Source of the DNA: Gammaproteobacteria bacterium
Lineage (GTDB): Bacteria > Pseudomonadota > Gammaproteobacteria > Pseudomonadales > Azotimanducaceae
Assembly (NCBI GenBank): GCA_002707325.1
Contig: PAMO01000028.1
Coordinates: 1-47,455 of the forward strand
Direction: 5' to 3'
Length of the DNA stretch: 47,455 nt
The translations under genes were made by a program, and so were the position numbers. This document shows positions 18,990 to 27,858 of this stretch, piece after piece. The notes under the pieces were generated by a model that was not told the origin of the DNA, did no database searches, and saw only the letters and a program-made list of their open reading frames with translations. The number at the start of each line of letters is the position of its first letter. Position 1 is the first letter of the stretch.

Positions 18990-21191
18990 TTATTCTAAAG
19001 GTTCAATTTTAGCTATGCCCAGCATTAGCCACTTTGACCCCACATTTGAAAACCGTATCTGCACCCGCGCCCTTTCACCAGAACCCTCAGCTTGTGTTAC
19101 CACGCCTTCTCCAAACTTCGCATGTCTCACTCTCTGCCCCATACGCAGGCCTATGGCCGCTTCATCAATTAAAGGCCTAATGCTGCCACCAGAGGGGCTA
19201 ACGCTTTTTTTCTTGGGATACCCTAGGCTTGATTTAATGCGGATTTGTTGAAGAAGCTCTGTAGGTAACTCTGCTATAAATCTAGAGGGGCGATTGTATG
19301 TGTCACTACCATGCATACGGCGACTTTCCGCATAGGTGAGGTACAATTGCTGCATCGCCCTGGTAATACCTACATAGCAGAGCCGACGCTCTTCCTCCAT
19401 TCGCCCTGGTTCCTGAGCTGACATTTGGTGCGGAAACAAACCTTCTTCCATGCCAGATAGGAAAACTAAGGGGAATTCTAGGCCTTTTGCAGAATGGAGC
19501 GTCATCATCTGCAAAGCTGGGCCCCCCTCAGCTTGCCTGTCGCCTGAGTCGAGCACAACTTGATCTAGAAACTCCTCCAAAATAGTAGTCTCCTCTCCTG
19601 TTTCTTGGCCAAGCGGAAAAACTAGCTCTCCGGAAAACTCTCGGCAAGCAGATACTAGTTCTTCCAAGTTCTCTTTTCGGGCCAGGCCGCGCTCTCCTCT
19701 TTCACGACCATGGAATTCCATTAGCCCGCTTTTTTGTATCGTATAGTCTGCCAGCTCATGGAGGTCCATATCGTGTGTCTCATGGCGCATCATATCTATT
19801 AGACGTAAAAACCCCCCTATCTTTTCCGTTACTCTTGCGCCAGCCGAGCTCATTTCAATTAAGTCTTCAGCAGCCTTCCACAATGAAACAGATTGGGTGC
19901 GTGCTTGATTACGAACAGCCTCCAAAGTCTTATCACCGATTCCTCGGGTCGGGATATTAATCACCCGTTCAAATGCTGGATCTGAATGCCGATCATGCAG
20001 TAGTCGCATATAACTAAGAGCATTTTTAATTTCCGCTCTTTCGAAAAAACGCTGCCCGCCATATATCCGATATGGAATTTGCGCCCGAAGCATCGCCTCC
20101 TCCAACACCCTAGACTGCGCGTTAGATCTATATAACACAGCTACTTCACCGCTAGACCCGCCGGTCGCAATCCAAGCCTGAACGCGCTCCGCGATAAATC
20201 GTGCTTCGTCTAGATCATTATAAGCAGAGTAAACCTGGATAGGTTCTCCCTCTGGGCCATCCGTCCACAGCTCTTTGCCAAGACGGTCCTGATTATTTCC
20301 AATTAGAGCATTCGCTGCTTTAAGCACAGTGGCAGTAGAACGATAATTCTGTTCTAGCCTTATAACCATCGTTTTCTGGAAGTCCTCTTTGAAGCGATGA
20401 ATGTTTTCCATCTTGGCTCCCCGCCAACCATATATGGACTGGTCATCATCACCGACGGCCATCACATTAGAATGGTCTCCAGCGAGCACCCTTAGCCACG
20501 CATATTGAATAGTGTTTGTATCCTGAAACTCATCCACCAAGATGGACTGAAAACGCTCTTGGTAATGGCGCAATAGTGATGGGTTTTCCAGCCAGAGTTC
20601 ATGGCTTCTCAGAAGCAATTCAGCAAAGTCTACTAGGCCTCCTTGGTTACATAGTCGTTCATAGTTTTCATAAATCTTTTTGTGCGTTATCTGAAATAGA
20701 TCGTCGCTAACCGGGATCTCTTTAGATCTTTTCCCTTCATCTTTTTGGCTATTAATAAACCATACAGCTTGGCGGGCTGGCCATTTTTGTTCGTCAATCC
20801 CCTGATCTCGCATAATACGCTTAACTAACCGAAGCTGATCATCTGCATCTAAAATTTGGAAATTCTGCGGCAGTCCAGCCTCCTGCCAGTGCATTCGCAA
20901 TAATCGATGGGCCAGCCCATGAAAGGTTCCAACCCAAAGAGTTTGACCCGACATGTTTAGGAGTTCCTCTATACGCGATCGCATCTCTGCCGCAGCTTTA
21001 TTCGTAAAAGTTACCGCCATCAGCCCGTTGGGGGAAACCCCTTCTATCTGAATCAGCCAAGCTACACGATGCACTAGGACCCGAGTTTTTCCGCTCCCTG
21101 CTCCCGCTATCACCAGAGAGTTTCCTTGTGGTGAGGTCACAGCTTCTCGCTGCCGCTCGTTCAAGCCATCTAAAACGCTAGTTACATCCAT
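18990..21191 (-). CDS. uvrD: DNA helicase II (UvrD/Rep superfamily 1A)
   Basis: 733 aa. Walker A AGAGSGKT, VDEFQDTN, YRS motif, TLHSAKGLEF and VGITRA, plus a C-terminal GQRVRHAKFGEGVV Tudor-like tail typical of UvrD. Confidence 0.9.
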   Translation of the reverse strand: MDVTSVLDGLNERQREAVTSPQGNSLVIAGAGSGKTRVLVHRVAWLIQIEGVSPNGLMAVTFTNKAAAEMRSRIEELLNMSGQTLWVGTFHGLAHRLLRMHWQEAGLPQNFQILDADDQLRLVKRIMRDQGIDEQKWPARQAVWFINSQKDEGKRSKEIPVSDDLFQITHKKIYENYERLCNQGGLVDFAELLLRSHELWLENPSLLRHYQERFQSILVDEFQDTNTIQYAWLRVLAGDHSNVMAVGDDDQSIYGWRGAKMENIHRFKEDFQKTMVIRLEQNYRSTATVLKAANALIGNNQDRLGKELWTDGPEGEPIQVYSAYNDLDEARFIAERVQAWIATGGSSGEVAVLYRSNAQSRVLEEAMLRAQIPYRIYGGQRFFERAEIKNALSYMRLLHDRHSDPAFERVINIPTRGIGDKTLEAVRNQARTQSVSLWKAAEDLIEMSSAGARVTEKIGGFLRLIDMMRHETHDMDLHELADYTIQKSGLMEFHGRERGERGLARKENLEELVSACREFSGELVFPLGQETGEETTILEEFLDQVVLDSGDRQAEGGPALQMMTLHSAKGLEFPLVFLSGMEEGLFPHQMSAQEPGRMEEERRLCYVGITRAMQQLYLTYAESRRMHGSDTYNRPSRFIAELPTELLQQIRIKSSLGYPKKKSVSPSGGSIRPLIDEAAIGLRMGQRVRHAKFGEGVVTQAEGSGERARVQIRFSNVGSKWLMLGIAKIEPLE

Positions 21192-21531
21192 CTTTGCTAA
21201 TATGCTCGTTTAATTCAACTTTTACTAACTTTTAGGGAATTATTTTTCCTGGAAAGGAGGCCCCGCTGTGCGCACAATCTGCAGCAACCACCAAGCCAAT
21301 ACAAAACCCTCAACAGCCCTAACTCCCTGATAAGGAAAAGCTCGGCAACTCCAAAAAGAATTAAGAATAGGGTCATACAAGATAAAATATGCTGGCCTGT
21401 GGAAAGATGAGAGTTGCCCAGCTAAAAACAGCCTTGGTTAGTGCTGACGTGCTCTCGCTAGTCGGCCATCGATCCAAGCCTATCCACGCAAAAACACTCA
21501 GCCCACTTAACCTCCGCATATGAACAGTGTG

Positions 21532-21804
21532 TTAATTGTCCGTGCACCACACATCGTAGACGGTCGACCAATCAGCAGATAGTCGCGAAAATATTATCGC
21601 TCTTTCCCAAGCTTCCTCATATTTCCTGCTCCCCTCCTTGTGTTTCTCTATATCCTTGAAAAAGTAGTCCGATGTAGCCATCAAGCCAAAAATATCTTCG
21701 CGCATTTCCGCGCATTCTTCCTGCGAAATCTCTTGCTCCTCTGAAAATGCGGGGGTCGCAAAAAATATAACGGCTAGACTAAAAAAAAGATGCTTCAACA
21801 ACAT
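21532..21804 (-). CDS. Small secreted hypothetical protein
   Basis: 90 aa with an N-terminal signal peptide (MLLKHLFFSLAVIFFATPAFS/EE). I recognise no domain. Confidence 0.5.
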   Translation of the reverse strand: MLLKHLFFSLAVIFFATPAFSEEQEISQEECAEMREDIFGLMATSDYFFKDIEKHKEGSRKYEEAWERAIIFSRLSADWSTVYDVWCTDN

Positions 21805-21893
21805 ATTACAATTCTCCTCGTAACTACGATTATCGCGCTAGGTTATGCCGCACGCTGATACGCCAATTTTTCGCACATTGGCCATTTGTCGAT

Positions 21894-22406
21894 TCATGGG
21901 TTACTGTTGGCCCCATCCAACCAAGCGAAGTAATCCTCCTCATTAACCACATAGGACCAGTGTAACAGTGATTGCTGAATTCTGGGGCTAACGTTAAAAC
22001 AATCGGCCACTGAGAACCCCGATTTTTCTATCTTCGCATAAATAGTATTGCGCCATCGGCCCTTTGGCCCACAAAAGGCTAACCATCTCTTAATTTGACG
22101 GGCATCATCCGCATGCCTGCGTCCAAGATAATACTTGCAATACCACTCAAACCAACCTCGTGGATCATCTGCATGCATCCAGCCCTTCGCTTCCCACTCT
22201 CTCTGGGTCTGCCCGGATCTAACACCAAAGCAGTTAACTGCCGTCAAATACTTAGGCGAGCAATATCGATGAGGCGCTAACCCTGCAAACCAAGCTTCGG
22301 GAAAATCCTCATAACTAATAATTTCAGCGAAATAGGTGCCTCCGAAAATTCCTTTCCGGAGCATTTCCTGTGGCGATAACATAGGGGCAAACTGATTCTC
22401 AATCAC
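21894..22406 (-). CDS. Conserved hypothetical protein (Trp/Arg-rich, no signal peptide)
   Basis: 170 aa long ORF with a distinctive DDPRGWFEWYCKYYLGRRHADDARQIKRW block. It lies 11 nt downstream of the PQQ dehydrogenase gene on the same strand. Confidence 0.6.
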   Translation of the reverse strand: MIENQFAPMLSPQEMLRKGIFGGTYFAEIISYEDFPEAWFAGLAPHRYCSPKYLTAVNCFGVRSGQTQREWEAKGWMHADDPRGWFEWYCKYYLGRRHADDARQIKRWLAFCGPKGRWRNTIYAKIEKSGFSVADCFNVSPRIQQSLLHWSYVVNEEDYFAWLDGANSNP

Positions 22407-22417
22407 AAATGAAGCAC

Positions 22418-24481
22418 CTATTCCCCTGCGGGCAACTCAAAAACATAAATTGCCTGACCACCGGTTGGCTGATAAATTTCTGGTGCTAGCGTAGCCGTCA
22501 AAGCTCGAAAGACACCAATCCCAGTTTGCACTGCTATATATTGTTTCCCGTCTACAGCATATGTAACAGGATACCCATGTAGAGGCGCAGCTAGCCGCGA
22601 CGACCAAAGTTCTTTCCCAGTATCACTGTCAAAGGCCTTAAAGAAACGGTCGAGATCACCGATAAATGTCAAGCCGCCGCCAGTAGTGAGAGCGCCTGTT
22701 AAAAACATCGCTCTTTGTTGAACTCGCCAATTGACTGCCATCGACACAGCATTAACTGAAATCAGAGCGCCAAGGTTGTCATTATGACCAGGCATTGGGT
22801 AGGTTGTAGTTCCCGCCCCAAATCCACCGCCTCCGAGAACCTGCTCTACCGGTTGCCCCGTCATCTCTGAGCAAGTTTGATGAAGAGGTATGACTAGGGA
22901 CTTGCTTTGGGGGACAAATGCCATCGATTGCCAGTTGTGTCCACCATAGATCCCGGGGCAGGCCGTAATCGTTTTCCCGACGGGGGCCGACATGATATCG
23001 TCCCGATAAACAACAATTCCGCGTTCGCGGTCCACGGTCTTGAATACTGTCTGGGGTAACGTTTCAAGCAGGTCTACATATTTCCCAGTCTGAAGGTCTA
23101 GCTTCCAAAGAATCCCATCCTTTCCAATCGTAAAAACGAAGTCTGTCCCATTTAGGTTGGCAATCAGCCTTTCGAATCCCACCTCCATGTCGATGGTCTC
23201 CCCTGGGACATGCTGAAAATGCCATTTGATCTCGCCCGTATGCGGATCAAGTGCTAGGGTAGTGTTAGTAAATAAGGCCTGGTCTCTTGGGGTCATGCCG
23301 CGGCTAGCCGCTACCCAAGGCTTTGGTTGCGATGTCCCAATCACAAATAGCCCAAGGTCGGCATCGTAAGAGCCCGCAATCCACATATCTCCACCCGCTC
23401 TATACTCAGCTGCAAGCCCCGCCCAGGTATCGCCTCCCGCACTGCCAGGTAGAGCTATCGTTGATGTGCGCCAAAGCTCTTTCCCAGTATCGGGATCGTG
23501 CCCAGTAATAAAGCATCCGGCTTTTGTATAAAGCTCGCAACCATTGATGCCGCTTAAGACCACTCCATCGCCAATTATCGGGCCAGCACTATGAGTATAG
23601 GCCTGCCTATAATCGGCTTTCTCGGAGTGCCACACTTCTGCACCCGTTGCTGCGTCAATAGCAACGATGGCGGCATCATAGGTCGTCATAAAAAGCTTGT
23701 CCCCATAGATTGCTATGTTACGCATCGGGCCGCCCAGCACCCGAGAATCTTCGGGGTACTCGTGGCTGTATTCCCACAGCACTTCGCCCGTCGCACCATC
23801 AACAGCCTGCAGCATATTTGTAGGATGCGTAAGAAACATAATCCCGTTGTAAACGAGGGGGGTGCCTTGATTGCTTCCCTCGGTCATAGCAAGAGACCAT
23901 GCTAAGCGAAGCTTTCCAACATTGCGTCTATCAATTTGTCGAAGTGGACTATACCCCTGACCATCAAGAGTTCGTCGCCAACTCAGCCAATCAGCATCTT
24001 TAGGGTTCTCCAGTATCCCCTTAGAAACAGACTGGTAATTCAACAGGGGCTTATTTTCAAAACCGCCGCGGCTCAAGGCCATTGCTGCCACCGCCTCTGG
24101 GCCAGACCATGCCACCGTATCTCCAATGGTCTCAGCACTAGCTAAATCGCCGAATAAGGGCAGCTGGGCATCAGCTAACTGCTGATTTCCAGCGATGATA
24201 TAACTGTTAATTGCCTGGTGTTGTTTCACAGACAGCTTGGCACCGCCACCCGGAGGCATACTGGCTCGGGTATATTCCAAAAGCTCCCCTGCGGAACGAT
24301 CACCCCATTGCGCCAAAAAGGCCGGTCCAATCAACGCACTGCCATGCGCCGACCCTCTAAGACTCGCGCCATGGCAGGCAGCGCATTCTTCCTTATAAAG
24401 GGTTAGCCCTAACTCAGCAGCCTGGGGGTTGGCCACGCTACTAAAAATCGCTATCCCCGCCAACAACAACTTCGTCACCAT
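22418..24481 (-). CDS. Periplasmic quinohemoprotein: N-terminal cytochrome c domain fused to a PQQ-dependent dehydrogenase beta-propeller
   Basis: 687 aa. Signal peptide (MVTKLLLAGIAIFSSVANPQAAE), one heme-c site CAACHG near residue 33, then repeated W-docking-type propeller segments (LAWSLAM, VLWEY, EVWHSE, ELWRTS, IKWHFQ, ELWSS) typical of PQQ dehydrogenases. Confidence 0.8.
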   Translation of the reverse strand: MVTKLLLAGIAIFSSVANPQAAELGLTLYKEECAACHGASLRGSAHGSALIGPAFLAQWGDRSAGELLEYTRASMPPGGGAKLSVKQHQAINSYIIAGNQQLADAQLPLFGDLASAETIGDTVAWSGPEAVAAMALSRGGFENKPLLNYQSVSKGILENPKDADWLSWRRTLDGQGYSPLRQIDRRNVGKLRLAWSLAMTEGSNQGTPLVYNGIMFLTHPTNMLQAVDGATGEVLWEYSHEYPEDSRVLGGPMRNIAIYGDKLFMTTYDAAIVAIDAATGAEVWHSEKADYRQAYTHSAGPIIGDGVVLSGINGCELYTKAGCFITGHDPDTGKELWRTSTIALPGSAGGDTWAGLAAEYRAGGDMWIAGSYDADLGLFVIGTSQPKPWVAASRGMTPRDQALFTNTTLALDPHTGEIKWHFQHVPGETIDMEVGFERLIANLNGTDFVFTIGKDGILWKLDLQTGKYVDLLETLPQTVFKTVDRERGIVVYRDDIMSAPVGKTITACPGIYGGHNWQSMAFVPQSKSLVIPLHQTCSEMTGQPVEQVLGGGGFGAGTTTYPMPGHNDNLGALISVNAVSMAVNWRVQQRAMFLTGALTTGGGLTFIGDLDRFFKAFDSDTGKELWSSRLAAPLHGYPVTYAVDGKQYIAVQTGIGVFRALTATLAPEIYQPTGGQAIYVFELPAGE

Positions 24482-24506
24482 GTGCGATAGCCTCTACCAA
24501 AAGCGA

Positions 24507-24884
24507 TCATTCAACCTCCGATAACGCCGACACTTGGGGGGCTAGATCATCAAGGCTTAAGACCTGCGGAAATTTCGTTTCTTCATAACCGTCAACAACA
24601 CGGGGCTGCCCAAACCACTCAACGGCTGGGCCAACTTCGGCCAGAGCCAATAGAAGTTTTAGTAAGTTGCTATCCGGCCCATCCAGTTCCCCTAACTTCT
24701 TACCAGCAAGATAGTCTAGGGCACTCGAAGCAATACCCACCATGTCATCATAAAACTCTCGGATATCCACCATGCTCGCGGCTACTCTCGCAGAGTTTCG
24801 CGCATTGGTATCTGGCAGACACCATCGATCGCAGTAGTGATCCAGCTTAGCGAAAGGCTTAGGCAGTAGCTTCTGTTTCATCAT
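24507..24884 (-). CDS. Hypothetical protein translationally coupled to the Rieske oxygenase gene
   Basis: About 125 aa. ATG 24884 overlaps the TGA of the upstream gene (caATGAtga). I recognise no motifs, and it does not look like an NTF2-type oxygenase beta subunit. Confidence 0.55.
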   Translation of the reverse strand: MMKQKLLPKPFAKLDHYCDRWCLPDTNARNSARVAASMVDIREFYDDMVGIASSALDYLAGKKLGELDGPDSNLLKLLLALAEVGPAVEWFGQPRVVDGYEETKFPQVLSLDDLAPQVSALSEVE

Positions 24885-26092
24885 TGCTCTAGTCCAAGGT
24901 GCTTGCAAACAGTGTAATGCTGGTAGCGCAAAGACAGCTCGTGATCGTGGAAATGAAATTCTTTAATAAGGCCCGTTGCCACATTGCTGGTCATTCGCTC
25001 TAGAGTATTTGCGTCCTCAAGTACTGCGTCGCGCAATTCTACAATAGCGTGCTCTTGACCGAAGCGTTCCGCCGCATTATCCGCTGGCCTCAAATAACCG
25101 GTCATTTCCCATTTCGTCCGATTTGGGCCTAAGGGCCACATTTGATGTGTAAAATACATTCCTGGGTTAATCACGCAGACTAAGCCAGGGAAGAAAACCG
25201 TGACATCTATCGCCCAGTTTTTAGCGCGAGTCTGATTTAGCCCTTTTGGTAGCTCTACGGTCGTAGCCACCGCACTTGTAATAGAAGTTGCTGCCGCGGC
25301 TGCAGCCAGCCCCTGAACCGGTTGCGGCTCATAATCCAAATTAGCCCAAACGGAAGTAGTTCTATGGTCTCCTTTCAAACGAACATCAATAGCCCGCCCA
25401 TGAGGATTATCCGAGCCAGCCATGGTTTGTCGTATGGTTCGGCTATGCAAGTATGGCACATGATAGGTCTCGCAAAACGAGTCTACTAAAAACTTCCAAT
25501 TTGTTTCCACCGTACCGGAAAACTGGAAGCGGGACGTGCCGGACGAAAACGGATACCCATGAAGGTCCATTCCTTGTTCCCCGACATATTCGCTCAGTGT
25601 TTGATCTGGCTCTTCCTGGATATTAATAAAAATAAAGCCTTCCCAGGTTTCACATGAAAACTGCTTCAAGCCAATATCTGCCTTGTTCAATAACGGAAAC
25701 CCTTCTTCATCAGGCACCGCAGCCAGCCGCCCTTCCAGATCGTACTTCCAAGCATGAAATTTACAGGTAAAAGCGCTGCGCCTTCCGCACTCAGTTAGTT
25801 CCACCTGATTTCCTCTATGCGGACAGGCATTCATAAAAGCTCTAATTCGGTTGTCTCGTCCCCGTACAATTATGGAAGAGAAATCAAAGGTTGGCAGCTC
25901 CTTAACGAAAAATTCGCCGGTTCTCGAAATTTGCTCCTCCCGCCCTACGTAATGCCAGGTTTTCTTGAAAATACGCTCCACCTCCAATTCATACAGCTCC
26001 GGCTTCCAATAAATATCAGTACTAACTGGACCGTTGTGCATTTCCGGATGCTTGGCAGTTAAGTTTATGTCTCCTGGCTGTGTCTGGCCCAT
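24881..26092 (-). CDS. Rieske [2Fe-2S] non-heme-iron oxygenase, alpha (catalytic) subunit
   Basis: 403 aa. Rieske motif CPHRGNQV...(17 aa)...CKFHAWKY, and a mononuclear-iron motif in DSFCETYHVPYLH. Confidence 0.88.
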   Translation of the reverse strand: MGQTQPGDINLTAKHPEMHNGPVSTDIYWKPELYELEVERIFKKTWHYVGREEQISRTGEFFVKELPTFDFSSIIVRGRDNRIRAFMNACPHRGNQVELTECGRRSAFTCKFHAWKYDLEGRLAAVPDEEGFPLLNKADIGLKQFSCETWEGFIFINIQEEPDQTLSEYVGEQGMDLHGYPFSSGTSRFQFSGTVETNWKFLVDSFCETYHVPYLHSRTIRQTMAGSDNPHGRAIDVRLKGDHRTTSVWANLDYEPQPVQGLAAAAAATSITSAVATTVELPKGLNQTRAKNWAIDVTVFFPGLVCVINPGMYFTHQMWPLGPNRTKWEMTGYLRPADNAAERFGQEHAIVELRDAVLEDANTLERMTSNVATGLIKEFHFHDHELSLRYQHYTVCKHLGLEQ

Positions 26093-26250
26093 ATGCCCCC
26101 CTTTTCTAAGTATCGATTGCCAATTCTAACGAAATTTGAGCCCCTGGCCTAAATACTAATGAGGCCCCTCGCCATCGCGATCCAATTTGCCTATTTGTCC
26201 TTTCCGGTCAAAAGCGTTCGCCAATATGTGGCAGGATTGTACTACCTCTC

Positions 26251-26613
26251 TTAGGGTAGCCTACCTTTTCTCGGTTCAGATACTGTTGCGCTCCTTCGCT
26301 GAGCTGCACCTGTTGTTGAGGACTTTCTACCCTGGCGAACCTCCCTTCCAAGACGATCCACCATCCCCACAAAACCAAACGCAAAGGAAAGTGCCAATAG
26401 AACCGCTAAAATAATTAATAGATGTAAGGAGCCAGGCAAGTTATATATAGCCTGCACAGCTATGGTTAATGTCTGGCTTTCAAACGATGGGCCTATGAAA
26501 TTGTATTTGATGAGAGGCAAAAGAACGCACCATAGCAACAATAAATAGAAACAAATTTCGGCCGTAATTGACCAAAGAAATTTGAATATGAAAGTGAATA
26601 ATCTTTTACCCAT
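26251..26613 (-). CDS. Hypothetical small membrane protein
   Basis: 120 aa with two to three hydrophobic helices and a basic C-terminal tail. Divergent from the acyltransferase gene. Confidence 0.45.
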   Translation of the reverse strand: MGKRLFTFIFKFLWSITAEICFYLLLLWCVLLPLIKYNFIGPSFESQTLTIAVQAIYNLPGSLHLLIILAVLLALSFAFGFVGMVDRLGREVRQGRKSSTTGAAQRRSATVSEPRKGRLP

Positions 26614-26721
26614 TCATTTTCCCATCGCGGCTTCTTAAAAAGCCCCTTTCATAAAACTAGCTCATTTAAGGGTAGCTGTTATATTAGCTAATCACAATCA
26701 ACCAAAGGCTAGGTTTGAAAG

Positions 26722-27549
26722 ATGGACATGGAAAAGTTCAGTTATGCCGCGCCAGATGACCCGTTGCTTAGAAGGCTGATTATAAGAGCTATCGAGTCAT
26801 TCATTGGACAGCCCTTCCTGAAAGAACTCTATAGCAATTATCGCAGCTCCGGGGTGCCGCACCACCTTTTCTTTGCCAAAGCGATCGAGCTCCTAGACAT
26901 AGATGTTCAATGGCATGGTAGCTCTTTCGACAATATCCCTCCGCAAGGGCCTCTGGTCTTTGTCGCCAACCACCCTTATGGCGTTTTGGATGGCCTAGTT
27001 ATATGTCTGCTGGCAAATCAAACTCGGCGGGATTTCAAAATTTTAATCAACTCAGTCCTATGCAATGCTCCAGAGATGAAAGATTGTTCGCTGCCTATAG
27101 ATTTCGGTGATACGGCAGAAGCCATACAAACCAATGTGGCATCGCGTAAAGCCGCCCGCGAACATCTAAAAAATGGGGGAGCACTCATCGTATTTCCAGC
27201 CGGCGGGGTGGCGACCACCCCCAACATCTTCTCGAGGCAGGCTCAGGAAAGCGACTGGGCTCCATTAGTGGGGCAATTAATCCGAAGATCACGTGCCAGT
27301 GTTGTCCCCATGTATTTTGCCGGACAAAACAGCTTGTTCTTTCAGGTCGCTAGCCATTTCAACTACACGCTACGTACAGCCTTGCTTTTTCGTGAAACGC
27401 GGCGGCGGATGGGAACTGTATTGGACGTGGTGCTAGGGGACCCATTAATATACGAGCAACTGGAGAACCAACTGCCCCCAGTAAATTTGGCTAAAATGCT
27501 CCAACGTCATACGCAAGCACTAGCTAAACCCTATGATCTTGTGGGCTAG
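26722..27549 (+). CDS. Lysophospholipid/glycerolipid acyltransferase family protein (PlsC-like)
   Basis: 275 aa. HX4D catalytic motif NHPYGVLDG and a downstream VFPAGG block. Confidence 0.75.
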   Translation: MDMEKFSYAAPDDPLLRRLIIRAIESFIGQPFLKELYSNYRSSGVPHHLFFAKAIELLDIDVQWHGSSFDNIPPQGPLVFVANHPYGVLDGLVICLLANQTRRDFKILINSVLCNAPEMKDCSLPIDFGDTAEAIQTNVASRKAAREHLKNGGALIVFPAGGVATTPNIFSRQAQESDWAPLVGQLIRRSRASVVPMYFAGQNSLFFQVASHFNYTLRTALLFRETRRRMGTVLDVVLGDPLIYEQLENQLPPVNLAKMLQRHTQALAKPYDLVG

Positions 27550-27830
27550 CCTCCGGCTTCGTCTAGCAACAACCGCTCTTTCATAGCCGCACCCCCATTA
27601 GCACTATACCCCCCAAGAGAACCATCTGATTTGATCGCCCGATGACAAGGAATCCAAATTGGAAAAGGATTTCGGCCACATGCATTCGCTACGGCCCTAG
27701 CGGACTTGGGGCGGCCAATCGCTATAGCGATGTCCAAATAAGATCTCGTCTGCCCTCGCGGAATTCGCGTCAGCTCTGCCCAAACCTTGCGCTGAAATGC
27801 TGTAGATGGTTTCCCTTGAATAGTTCGCAT
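27546..27830 (-). CDS. MGMT-family (methylated-DNA-protein-cysteine methyltransferase DNA-binding domain) protein, single domain
   Basis: 94 aa. VWAELTRIPRGQTRSYLDIA followed by the active-site-type IPCHRAI motif. Confidence 0.75.
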   Translation of the reverse strand: MRTIQGKPSTAFQRKVWAELTRIPRGQTRSYLDIAIAIGRPKSARAVANACGRNPFPIWIPCHRAIKSDGSLGGYSANGGAAMKERLLLDEAGG

Positions 27831-27858
27831 TCGTAGCTCTCCTGAGACCCTTTACCCT

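Noticed and set aside
21218-21376. A 52-aa minus-strand ORF (MTLFLILFGVAELFLIRELGLL...) just upstream of uvrD.
   Set aside because: It has no Shine-Dalgarno and no recognisable motif. It lies where the uvrD promoter and leader are expected.
21192-21531. An SOS (LexA) box upstream of uvrD.
   Set aside because: I scanned for CTGT-N8-ACAG. The CTGT occurrences at about 21266 and 21401 are not followed by ACAG at the right spacing.
27546-27830. The short MGMT-like protein as an alkyltransferase-like (ATL) damage sensor.
   Set aside because: ATL proteins lack the acceptor Cys, whereas this one keeps PCHR. It is therefore an ordinary single-domain MGMT-family protein and not notable.
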